Below are positions 14,346 to 28,505 of a stretch of DNA of 64,000 nt, piece after piece. The stretch lies in NCBI RefSeq assembly GCF_009914755.1, contig NC_060926.1. One strand, given 5' to 3'. Numbering within the stretch: position 1 is the first letter of the stretch; every line of letters begins with the position of its first letter. This stretch comes from the human T2T-CHM13v2.0 reference genome, Homo sapiens. A program made the translations under genes and the position numbers. The notes beneath the pieces are model-generated. The model searched no databases, had not been told where the DNA came from, and was given only the letters and a program-made list of their open reading frames with translations.

Positions 14346-14438
14346 GACTGAGTGCAGTGAACTCCTGACCTCAGGTGATCTGCCCGCCTCCGTCTTCCAA
14401 AGTGCTGGGATTACAGGCATGAGCCACAGCGCCCAGCC
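14346..14438. mobile_element. Fused Alu remnants: 14 bp plus-strand Alu 5' end joined to about 80 bp of a minus-strand Alu left arm
   Basis: gactgagtgcagtg | aactcctgacctcaggtgatc...gagccacagcgcccagcc. Confidence 0.7.
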
Positions 14439-14615
14439 CCATACTGTGAGCTTCTACTAGGTAGAGAGTACTGCAAGTAAGTTTTACTCCAACATTTACT
14501 ATCCAGAAAGTCTAGAAAATTCTATTTAGCTCCCCTTGTCCCCCCGCCCCCCCCCCCCGCCAAAAGAGCTCACAGTATGTTAAAACTCACTTGGGATATA
14601 ACAGTGGGGAACTGA

Positions 14616-14912
<297 letters not shown>

Positions 14913-17149
14913 GGGAACTGGGACTTTTAATGATCATTGTTACCCCTTATGTCCAGAGGCCACTCCTGGATTTTTACCATGGAAAAAGCCATTTTTCCAG
15001 CAAAAAGGAAAATAATATAGCAAATACCCTTTAAAGTACCAAGGAACCATAAAAAATACCCTTAGTTAAATGAATAGACTATTAAGTGATATCAGGAACT
15101 GGCCAGTGTCTTTTAGCTTATATTGTCGAGAGGACCTGGTTCAAATAGTAAAGAGATACTACTTTTCTGTTTCTTAAAAACTCTGTTTTAAGATCCACCT
15201 TGTAGGCTATGTCGAGTGCTCTAAAATCCCAACCCCTGGGGGTTAAATATCATTTTTTCATTTTCATATTTATTTGTATCGTGTATTATTACACACCTTA
15301 AGTAACTACCATTTATTCAACTGTAAGGTGCATGATAAATATTTATTGCATTCTTAAATGTGATTTTAAAATTGTATTTTCACACTGTAACTTTTCTTCT
15401 GGGAACATGTGTCCAATTTTATAAGGCAAGCCAATTGGACAATATATTTCAGTAAACGCACAAATCGGTTTTGTACTTCAGTTTCCAGTGAAGCACAGCT
15501 ATATTTAGGTCCCTCAATGGTGTGAGGTTTCATAAAGTTCACAAGGAAGTTACAAGTAGGTGAAAATCTTGTTCATTGCATTTTAATGGGTTTATGTTAC
15601 AGTTGTTGTAAGTGGGGTTCCTAAAATTGCTGGTGGATGAATTTCAGAATTATACATAACTGGGCATTCATGTGTTGGATGCTTGAGTTCAGAGAATCAA
15701 ATAGATTCTCATAGTGCGACCCAGAATACTTATGTAGAGTATTGAGTATTATAAGCTGATTTTAAAAATCAATAATTGCATAATTCAAATGAAGTATAAG
15801 TTCTAAAGTTCTTAACATGTTGCTAATATGCCAGTGGATGCTTAGCTGGCAGGTTCAATAGTGCAGCCTCCTGCTCATAGCATGTCTTGTTTGGCTGGTC
15901 ATGAAAAATCACTTTTCAAATTAGAACTTAATAAAAACTTTCCTGCTCTCAACACTAAGCTCCACTCCCTGTGCGATTAGTGGTTTCATTTCTTTCTCAG
16001 CAGTTGGGTAATGATTATGGCTCCAGATGCAGTGAGAGTGATAAAGAGATTGATTAATTTCACTTGAAAGGGCATATGTTCAAAGAGAATCCGATCTGAA
16101 CACCATGAATGATCTGACATGTTTGCAGCTGAGAATTGTGTATACCCTTACTTTGTGCCCCACTAATGCTGAGACCAGGATCTCTAAACCAATGTTACTA
16201 ACCCACTTGGTCTGTAAAATATTGGTCCTTGCTCATACCTGTTGTGTACATGTGTGCATGTGTGTTTGTTCTTACTGCCTTTCTCTTTGTAGTAAGTTAC
16301 TTGTGATAGCTAAAAAGGTTCCTTTGGCTCCTTTACCCTTGAGATGGCTTTGAGTTATGTGTTGTTATCGATCAATAGAACCAAAGTCATCTCTGAACCA
16401 TGGCTTAATTTAGATCACACTACACACACATACACACACACACACCACACAACAAAATCTCTTTGTATTTTTGTTTGAAAAAAACAGTTTCAACATTGTA
16501 GCTGTGTGGCTATCGAGAAGGGCCTTTTATCACATTTTATAAAAGACCAAAAAGGGATCTGTTTCCTATACCTAATGCTTTTTCAGCTTGTGTTTATTTG
16601 GTATTTTTTATTTCCAGGGAGCACTATTTTGCACAAATGTCTTTACATACCACTCACTTTCATTTTCATGCATTATGTAACCTTTACAACAAATATTTCA
16701 TGACAATTTTAAAGTGGTTCAAAACTTACATTTCAAGAGAAAAATGTTAATATCTGTAAAAATCATAGGCTCAAATTTTGATGAAAGAAAGATAAGGGTG
16801 CACAGCTGATTTTAGCATGGAGCTTGAAGTCAATGAGTTTTGCTAATGAGTCTGCAAATGAGTAGGTGAGTATATGTTTTTAGATAAACAAAATGTATCT
16901 ACCCCCCATGCAGAAAGTGTCTCTTATATACAAATCTCTATTGTAAGGTATGAGTAGAAGATTAGAAAAAAGTGTGATACTTGGAAAACTATCTTCATAA
17001 TCTTTTACTCAGTGCTTGTGTAAAACAGAAAAGCCTTCTTATTCCTTGGATTTTTTTTTTATTGTTTTAATAGAAAAACAAAGTTTTGATCTGAAATGTC
17101 TTAGGTTATTTTTCCTGCCTTTATCCTTAAATCTTAAGTTTCTAATCAT

Positions 17150-17245
17150 GCAGTAAATATTGCTTGGGCACTTATTATGTGTCAGATGCTGTGCTGTGAG
17201 AGTTACAAAGCAAAGCAAGACATAGCTACTGTTTCCAAGTCGGAG
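17150..17245 (-). mobile_element. L2 3' end fragment
   Basis: aaatattgcttgggcacttattatgtgtcagatgctgtgctg. Confidence 0.6.
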
Positions 17246-19894
17246 GGCTGCCATTTAATGATCCGAATATGGAACCAGTAGACTATGGCCTGTGAAGGCC
17301 CACGCCGAAGGAGAACCAAGAAGAATTGCCCTGTACATTATATTGACGTAAAACTTTTCACCTTTTAAAAATATATTATTTCCTTAATACTTCCAATTTT
17401 TTAAAAGCTCTAGAATATTATCTGAGAAAGCCCATGTGCTTCCTAATTGTTAAATTCTGAAGTAGACGATAAGGTCACTAAAGGATGCTAATGAGATGAA
17501 TGGAAATGGGAAATTTGAGAAGAATTTTATAGCTATTTAAACACTCCTCACTGCTTAGGTTAAATTTTAAAAAATTATTGGGGAAGTGACATTAGCTCTT
17601 TAAGTTCTTTTGATATTTTGAAGACATTTCAGTTAGAATGAACTTTGACAAGGAGAAATTCCCCCCAGGGAGTTTTATTTATAGCACATGAGAAAGGAAT
17701 TCTGTGTTCTCACCAGGATTTCTACAAAGCAAGGATACTTTTTAAAAACTTTTCCTTGAAAAACATCTTGTATTCAGCATTAAAGCCAGCGATGCATTAA
17801 AAGGTAGGCTTCACCGTCTCTTATTTATCTTTGTTAGACTCTGAGTTGTTTGCCCTTGATTGATTTTGAAATAGACAAGCCAACTTTCAGACCAGAGAAT
17901 GATTTAATTATTACAGAACCTAAGGCCCAAAATCAGATTTGAAGGTATGTTGAAGCAGTGTTCAGAATGAATTAGTGGACAGATGTAGAGTATATGTCAC
18001 TGATATTCGATACCCTGGGCTGGCCCAGAAGTAGTGCATTTCCCTGAAGATCTTCACCTCTAAACGTCAGATGCTTGAATTTAATGGTGCCACTTAATCT
18101 ACACTTAAGTCAAATCATGGAAATTCTAGAATCCATTAAAGGGTCTAAAGCTGAGAAAACAGAGGGAAGGATGCATGCAGGATATACTGAATTTATCGGA
18201 TATATAGGGGTCTTGTTTAGGATGACTAAATTAGCAGTCTGAACTTTGATGTCAGAACTGACACCGGAGATTAGCGAAAAGTACAATTTATGTTTTAATA
18301 GTTTCAAAGGTCATTGTCATTGTTTGGATCGTTATGAAACATATATTTAAGCCAATGTTTTTATAGAGTTTTCAAGCTGGAGGAGATCTTCAGCTCAGCA
18401 AACCTGGCCTCTTCATTAACAAGTGAGAAAAATGACGGCAGGAAGACAGGTTGGAGCAGCAGAGATGGAACTGGGCCATGCGCCCTCTGAGTCTGTCCTC
18501 CCCTTTGCATTCTAAGTGTGGTTCACTTTCTTCTTCCACATGCGCCGAGGATAGGGGTCCAGAGCCTGCCATAAGGGAGTGGAGGGTGGACCTTCGTGGT
18601 ATACATTCCACATTTTACAATCTAAACAGTAGAAAGTCATGAGAAAAATAGGAGGTAAAGTCAATGATTCAGAAGAGGGTTCTCAGTCACAGGAGAAAGG
18701 ACAGATGAAGAAAATATTGTGGCAATGTCTGCAGTGATGTGTTAGAAGGCCAGGATTCCTGAACTGTCATTGGATACAAAAGCACCTGGGAGACTGGCCC
18801 AACGTCAGCGGCTCTGGAACCTGTGAAAAGAAGCAGCCACTCCATTATATGCACATGGGAGGAAACTTCATTTTAAAATCAATGCCAAGAATGACCAGTG
18901 TTACAAGCTGGTCCAGCATAGAGGCATTTTGAGATTGGATGAAATTGGCTTGTGTCCAGCTCTGTTCTTACTAGGGTATGAGTGTGGCCCAGTTGTGCCT
19001 CCCTGCTGTGCCTCAGTGTTCTACTGAGTGCTCTATCCCATCATTTACTTGGTGAAAGTTAATGTAGCATTTACGATGGCCCTTGCCAGATTATATAGAA
19101 TAAGGTTATTGACAGCTACCCCAAAAAGGTGTTTTTTTAAAAAAAATATGAAATTAGATAATATATGAAAACACAGCACAGTTGCCTGGCGTATATTAAA
19201 TGCTCCGTAGGAGATAGAATCATCACTAGTGTTGAACTGCTAGCATAGGAAGACCAAGTTTCTAGCTGAGGAAAAGGAGTAAGGTGATCAAGGATCTGAT
19301 GTAAATAGGCAAAAAGAGGTTATAAGGGGATAACATGGTTTTGAAGGCAATCTTTCCTTGACACTTAACAGGTAATTTTGAGGGTTCTGTTTTGTTGTTG
19401 CTGTTGTTTGTTTGCTTGCTTGCTTTCAGAATTTTTTTTTTAATTAAGGAAGAGAATAAAGTGTTGTAACATATGTTCTTCTCATGTACACCTCAAAGGT
19501 GATGCTGCCACAGAGCAGGGGTATGGACAAGATGGAGGTCTTTTACCCTACTTCACCCCAGCCCTTTATCCTGGGTGACAGAGGCACATGGCAGGCCAGC
19601 ACCACACCTCACCCTTCAACCCAAAGGATCAGTGATGCTAAGTTGCACAGATGGAAGGATGCCAGCCTCTAGCTCATTATCACAGGGCCAGAGAGCTAGG
19701 CTAGTGCCTCCAGGGAGGTTGGGTACACTTGTTAAGAAAACCCTTTACCAATTAGAAATAAATAAGACATGAGATTTCCGTGGACTCCCAGCACAGTGGC
19801 CAGGGCCACCACCTTACATGAGGCTCTCAGGATAGGTGGCAGAAAGCATAGAACTTTCAAAGGAGTTCTCAGTACCCAGCAGAGTCTTCCTGTG

Positions 19895-19896
<2 letters not shown>

Positions 19897-19946
<50 letters not shown>
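19897..19946. repeat. (GT)25 perfect microsatellite
   Basis: Seen directly. Confidence 0.98.
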
Positions 19947-19948
<2 letters not shown>

Positions 19949-22775
19949 CTGAGCTGGGCCGGCAGCATGATTTTTGTAAACCTTAAAGCCAATGACAAAA
20001 CCCATAGTCCCAGCTGTGTTCCTCAAGGAGGAGGGAAGAATAAGAGGAGGCCTTTTATGGGCAAGAAAATGTGTTTCTCCTTTAATTAAATAATATTCAG
20101 TGTGTAGCGAGAATATTAGGCAACCCCAGCAAATGTGGAGACGGGGAAGTGGTGACATTGACTGGTGGTACATGCCTGAGGTATCCTGGCAGTGGCAGAG
20201 GTAACCCACCCTGGGATAAGCCTGGGCAGTGTGGGAAAGTGTCTGAGTAAATGAGTCATCCAGTCATCCTGATCCTAGACATGGAGGCAGATGCAGAGAA
20301 GCAGAGGCAGTGGCTGAGCTCAATGGGTTAGGGTAATGTGCAGTGACAGGGGTCACTTACCACCCCAACCACTGGAAGGGTTTCTACTCAGAAATCCTTC
20401 TGGGGCTGGTGCTACAGGAGACAGGGGCATGTTCTGGTAGGGCTGCTGAAAAGTTCCCTCTTCTGTTATGGGCTAAGCGTCTATGAAAATAACTCCATGT
20501 TCACCAGGATTGGAAACAAAGTGCTTGGAACCGGCAGAGGTTCCCTGCCCTGTGGCAGGGGCCATCTTCTTCCATGTCAGGACACTCAGGGGTGGGATAG
20601 CTGGTGCTGAGCTTATGACAGTTCATCCCAGGTGAAGAGAAGCAATGAGTGATCTGGAGATCCCAAGGAACCTTCAGTGATTGGCCCTGGGGTCTTACTG
20701 GGAGATAATTCTGAAGGAAATGAAATAAGTTGGATAAAGAAGACAGAGAAATCTGAGAATAAAAAAAGAGAGAGAGAGAAAAAAAATTATTTGCTTTCAG
20801 CAAATGCATGTTCCATTTGATGTAATTCTTTTGTTTTTACTCTTCTGAGAACTTTAGTGTCCTTTAGCCTGGGGATTCCACAGACTCATACAATGTTGGA
20901 GCGGGGTACAGCCTCTTCTTTTTCAACTGGAATCTGTGGGAGGGGAAGTGACTCTTTCATCCACTACTTCCTTGGCTTTCACCTTCACACTTACTGTGTA
21001 ATGCGATCCTCATGGGAACCTTATGAACTATGTAGGTGTACCTTACTCTCCTTCTGCATGTGGGTTGCTAAGACAATGCAGGAAATCACTGGTAGAGGTG
21101 AAATGAGAATCCAACTTTCCAAATAATATATCGAGCACTCTTATGATCATTCTACTTCGTTTAGTAGTGAAATCCTACCCAACTCTACCTTCATTCCTTT
21201 AGTTGGCTGTCAGGCATTTATGAGGCATCTTCCATGGTACTTATCGTGTTCTAGGCCTTGAGGATACAGTGATGATTCCCTCTTTCTTCACTCTGAGTTT
21301 ACCATCTAGTTGGTGAGGCAGCACAGATATAGACAGTTATTGAAAGAAAAGCTAATAGAGGTATATCAAAAGCATTATGAGAAGACGAAGACAACGGTTT
21401 TGTGAGAAATATTGTTTTGAACAATGGAAAAGAGCTATAATAGCTATGTATACTAAATACTATGCTAAGTGCTTTGCATGAATTATGCCGTTAATGTATT
21501 AGCAAGACCATGTCATTGGTCCTAAATTAACAGTCAGGTTTGTAGTCATCCTGCCTAATCATGTTGGTGCTTATTCTCTTCACTAAGCTTCAGTAGCATG
21601 TTCTCCTATGTAATACAATACTGTCTATCAGGAATAGTCTATCACTTTTGGTTGTGGGCAAATATGCCAATGATAACCAGCAATTTGAGACAAGTACATC
21701 ATTAGGCATTGAGACAAATGATCATTATGGATAATGTAAAATTGAGGGAGCATGTGGTCTCCTGCAAAAACAGAACTCCAGGGACAGTCAGATCGAAAAA
21801 GACAGTTGGGGCTAGCATTGGAGCCTCTTATATTAGGGAGGGGAGGGAGGCATGCATGTGCCTCTGAATCTTGAACACCGGGTGAGGAATACTTACAGCT
21901 AAAGGCAGAATCAAGCTGTGACATTTTGTTTGCCTAGGCAGCTCTATGAGTGCAGACAGGTTTCCCCTCAATAGTGAGAAACACAGTCTCAACATTCCAA
22001 TGCATTGAACCTGGCCTTCTCTGCCTTTCACACCTTCTGCCCTGCTCACTGTGATCCCTTTTCTCATTTTCTTCCATTTCTTAATAGGGGCCTTTAAAAA
22101 TATTTTTTATTCACTCTTTCATTCAATTTCCCTTGTGTGGAGTGAAGTTTTAAGAGAATCTGATTCTTCCAGATAACGCTCAGTGTTCAGCAGCAGACAG
22201 ATATTCTTTATGAGAGCTTCCTAACTTTAAATACCCAAAGCAAGTTCTGAATATTGGCTAAAAAGATAAAGTATATTTGTGTGTGTTTGTGTATAATATA
22301 TACATGTGTTTGTATATCATCTATACATCTATATCCATTTATTGAGAGAAAATGAGAACAGGGTAAGATGCAGTGCACAGCTGAGTTTATTATTTTTGTA
22401 CTTGCAGGACTTGCCAAGTAGAAGAAAGCACTTATTGGAGAGGGGGAGTAGAGTCAAGCAAATAAACCTGAGATTTTTAGGATCATTTTTATAAGTCTTG
22501 AATTCGTTGATGATGTTAACAAAAAAGTGAGTATGGATTCATCAAAATAGTGATTTGGTATATTGATATATTTGACTGGGAAGTTCTACTGTAACTTTTC
22601 CAGAATCCTTCACTGTTTTCTGTTTAGGAAATAAAGAATTGACAGGTGACTCTGCATGAAGAATGGAAGAGGAAGAAGTATGACAAATAATAGTGATCTT
22701 TCTTTTTAGTGGTCCTTTGAGTTTTTCTATCAAATTTTCACTCAAGTAGTTATGGCAATATTAGTTTAGTTTTAA

Positions 22776-23261
<486 letters not shown>

Positions 23262-24289
23262 TGAATATATTTTTTATTAAAATGGGCAGAAAGAGAAATA
23301 TAATTTAATTCTGTACAGAATTAAGTAGTCACCAATATTTATTTTCTAAATCAATTACAAAGGTAGAAATATTGTTTTAAAAATGTAAGTGAAAGTTTAA
23401 AGTTTTTACTTATTTTATCAGATCTGTGAAAGTGGATACACTTCATTCTACCTATATTGGATCACAGGAATTTGATAGCCAACAGAAAAAATTCAAAACA
23501 AAGTAATAAAATGATAAATAAGAACCATGAAGGAAGTCATTTATTTCATGCCTAAGCAATTAAACTGTTATTATGTTAGTATTATTTATACCTAGAAGTG
23601 AACATCCATTCAGTTCCATCAACTATTTTAGTAAATTACTAAAAATCTACAAAGTCTGAGAATTTTTATTTTGTGTTAAGAGAAGCTGAAGTAATAATTA
23701 TGGTCTCAGATACTGACAAATTGGCTTTTTCTCCTTTTGCAAAGGTAACTGCTGTATGTTGCTGACCTACAAAGATTTCAATTTAGAGGTTTGTGTTTTT
23801 TCTTCTGAAGCTGGAAAATAAATGTCACCAACATTAAGCAGTAGGATGTTGCTTTCAGTGCAGTATTTTAGGTGATAGTGGTGACACTAATAGAGGAAAT
23901 TTGGCATAGGCAGCTATAATAGATGAAAAAACATTTATCTGAAGTTTTTTTTATTTGCCTAAAGGTTTGGTATCTTACAGTTCTCAAAATTGAGTGATTT
24001 ACTTTTCATTTAATCTTTTCACAGAATTTGACAGCCTTGATTTAAAACACTTCATTTTTTTAATAGTTTTAATGTGTTTTGTAGACACATGTTGCATATG
24101 GTTGCCAAAATTTGCTTCCAGGAGCTCATTTTAAATCTCTAGAACTATATTAAGTTATTGTGCCATGTACAAAATTAATAATAAATAAGTCAAATTATAT
24201 TAAGAATTTTCACATAATGTGGTAGAAATAGCAGCAATAATAATATTTATGTTGATTGGCCAGTTGTTAGATTTCTGATTGCTTTTACA

Positions 24290-24420
24290 TGCTTTATTTC
24301 ATTGAATCTTCACACACAAGAAAACTATGAGATTATCATCCATATATTACATCTGAGGAAACTAAGTCACGTAGTGAAATGAGTAGCAAAATTGGAATTT
24401 GAACTAGAATATAATTGATA
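24290..24420 (-). mobile_element. MIR SINE
   Basis: atttcattgaatcttcac...catatattacatctgaggaaactaag. Confidence 0.7.
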
Positions 24421-24863
24421 ATAGACTTGTGCTTCTAAGCAACTGCTTTGCAAATTGGGACACTGAGTTTCCACCTGGGATTTGATATGACTGAAATCCA
24501 TCAGGTAATCTGGAGTCTAATTTGGAGATGATCTTCCCTGGGGAGCCATATGTCTGTACATCAGCCATCTAGGATTGAGTTTGCACATATTTACCAATAA
24601 TACACAATTACTGAATGAACACAGAAAGATGGACGTGATTTTGAATGAATGACATAATACCTTAGGTAACTGGATTGAGTCAAAGCAACCCAGCTAGTGC
24701 CGAGGCTGAGTGAATTCCAGTTTTCTTTATGGGGAGGAAGTAAGGCATTTTGAGGCATGGCTACTGAGGATTATGTTTTCTGAATAAATAAGAGTAGAAC
24801 ATCATTTAACAAGTAAACTTATGGGAACAACAGGAAGGATTAATTAAAAGTGGGCCTATCCTA

Positions 24864-25197
<334 letters not shown>

Positions 25198-26678
25198 TTA
25201 TAACACCCAAGGCAAGGACTGAAATGAGGTGTACAGTTCTAAATGCTTGAAATGGCAAGATGGCATGGGAAGATTTTGGAAAAATGAGGGGTGGAGGGTG
25301 GGAAATGAGACAAAAAGAAGGAACAGGGAGGAATAGCAAGATAACTTTCCTTTATCCAAAGATAAAGTACTGATACTCTACTGTTTGTGCTCCTGGAACA
25401 GAAACCCTTTGAAGGCAAGGCCATTTCTTATACATCTTTGTGCAATAGTTTCTTCCCGCAAAGTTGTGATTCCAGAGTCTTGGTGAGTTTTGAGCTCAAT
25501 AAATGCGTAGTGAGCAGAGAGGAATGAATGCATGATGAAATACACAAATGACTTTGGAAAATCCATTTGAGCTTATATTTATCCAAGAAACACAGAATAC
25601 TAATCAAGCAGTATCTAAAATGTAGTCCAAAACCATATTGGAAATAAGGGGAAAAGTGAATGAGGTTGTTAATCGAGGGCTTATGAGCATGTCCTAAACA
25701 ATGTTTGAAATTACTAAATCAGTACAATCCATACGATGCTTCCATATTTGTAATATGGCCAGACTACTTACATTCTTTCCTGTTGTTGTTATTGATTGTT
25801 TTGTTCTAGTTTTGCTATTGTTACTGTTTGGTTTTCTTTACTATTTCCTTAGGGGTGAGCACAGATTACTGGCATAATGGGAGGGCATGCTGAGAATCCT
25901 GAGAGTGTAATAGCCTAGGAATGTGGTTGGCAAACGAACAGGATCAGGTCTTCAGATATATATTAACTTTGAGGCCCCTCTGGGGCCTGTGGGGAAATAT
26001 CTCTGCTGGCTTGAGCACCTTTCAAGAATAGTGCTTTAGGTTTCAGCAATCTGGGAGCAGTTTCATGGAGAAAGAAGAGTCCAATAGTGTGTCCTCAGTC
26101 TATGGAGTAACTCTGCCAGGAGGGAGAAAGCAAGGTGAACTACAGACAACTAGAGTGGAGTATAAACAAAACATGCTCTTTAGCAAAAGGTGCCAAGCAG
26201 GAGTGGAGCCAAGAGGGAATGAAAAGAGTTCAGAGAGGAAGGGCTAAGAAACAAAACTGGATGTATGGTTCTAGAATGAGTCTTGGCCATGGTAGTGGCA
26301 TACTGGGTAGTGGAGCTTTTAGGAATGGGGGCTTGTGTTCACTCACATTTGGGATTAGTCATTTACATGTGAGATTTAATGATACCAATATATAGTCAAG
26401 ATTATAAGTAAGTTGAACCTCAAGAATGTTTTTATATTTAAAAAATGTCTTGTTTTCTAACATGCACATGGGTTTTGGGATTATTGACTTTGTACAGATA
26501 TAACTTAAGTAGCCGAAAAATTGATGGTCCTGAGGTGTTAGTGAATGTTATGAAAATATGTCTTTATCCAAAGGCTTTTTAGTATGTGGAGAAGAATCAA
26601 AGTGCTTTGCATACATGAACAATTCAGGAGTTATGAATGTGGATTCTGGAAACACATAAACATGAGTTTGAATGCCGG

Positions 26679-26926
26679 TTTTGCTACTACTTTGCTGGTT
26701 TTGCTATTTTGTAAATATTACCCCAAATGATATAATTTTTAATGATATTAATTTAATGATATAATGATATATTTGATTTTATAATGATATATGATTTAAT
26801 GATATAATTTTTAAATGATATAAATTTTGCTACTACTTTGCTGGTTTTGTTATTTTGTAAATATTACCCCAAATTATATCATTTATTTTAGTACCCAAAT
26901 TATATCATTTGGGGTAATATTTACAA
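26679..26926. repeat. Complex direct plus inverted duplication inside a MIR
   Basis: 50-bp direct repeat 26679-26728 / 26825-26874 (1 mismatch); perfect 30-bp inverted repeat 26709-26738 / 26897-26926. Confidence 0.92.
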
Positions 26927-27999
26927 TTCACTAAGCCTTTATGTATAAAATCAGACTTTAAGGTACCTTAATTATAGAATTATGAAGATCAAATGAGATA
27001 TGATGAAGATATTATGAAGATCATGCTTTGTTCGGTAACTAATACATACTAAGGGATGATGCTGAAATAACTTGGGAAATATTAATTTTGGTCAGCAAAA
27101 TCAACTTTAAGGTTGGCTTTTGGCCAAGGCACATACTACTATTTTCTGTAAGGGCAGGAAAATTCATGTTTTGCTCTTAGAAATCTTTAATGTTTGTAAC
27201 CACTGAGAACATTTGGAGTGATGATTATGTTGATATGACCCATATTAATGTTGAAATTGCTCTTTAAATGCCATTCATTAATAATTCTTTGATCATCTGT
27301 GTGTTTAACAAAATTGGTAAAATTGCTTTCACTGTTTCTTTCTAATAAAAACCTTTTGGCGTTCCTCTGGAGATTTTATTGATAAACTCTCCCTTAAGCA
27401 TACATCCAAATTAAATGTGAGAACCTGCAGCTAAAAGAAATTGCTTCAAGGCAATGATTCACTAACATGAAAAATCAATAGCAGTTTCATTAAGGAAGGA
27501 AAGATACCTTAGACATACTCCTACCTAGCTTTCTTCATACTAAAAAATGGAAACAGTTGTTGATAATGTCTTTCCTTATAGATGTAATGTTCATATCTTA
27601 GTGCCATGCCTGCTGTATAGCAAGATTGTATGTGTACCTTCTACTCTGCTGTGATTCTTGAATAGAGCTAGTCTCTGCATTTTGAGAAACTGACACTCAT
27701 TCAAATCACAGTTTCTTTAATAATGCATGCCATGCTACTACTACTACAAGAGAGCGCTTTACAGCCACCAAATCCTACGGATATATTTGAATTAGTTAAA
27801 TTCCAAATTTCTAGACATATGCTTTAATTCCTTCTTCCTTTCCATCTACTCCATGGTTGATAGCTAGATGAGGGGAGGGACAGATGGATAAATGGATAGA
27901 TGGATGGATGGATGAATAGCAGGTCTGTGCATTACTGATGGATTGATGGGCTGTTGGATAGCGGAATGCAGGAAGGGAAAGAGGGAGGAAGAAAGGAGG

Positions 28000-28416
<417 letters not shown>

Positions 28417-28505
28417 TTTCCTGCTGTGTTACTCTGGGCAGTTGATTCAAGCTCTATTTGCTTTGGTTTTATCACCTGTAAATAGGTCATAATAATATTA
28501 TTAAT

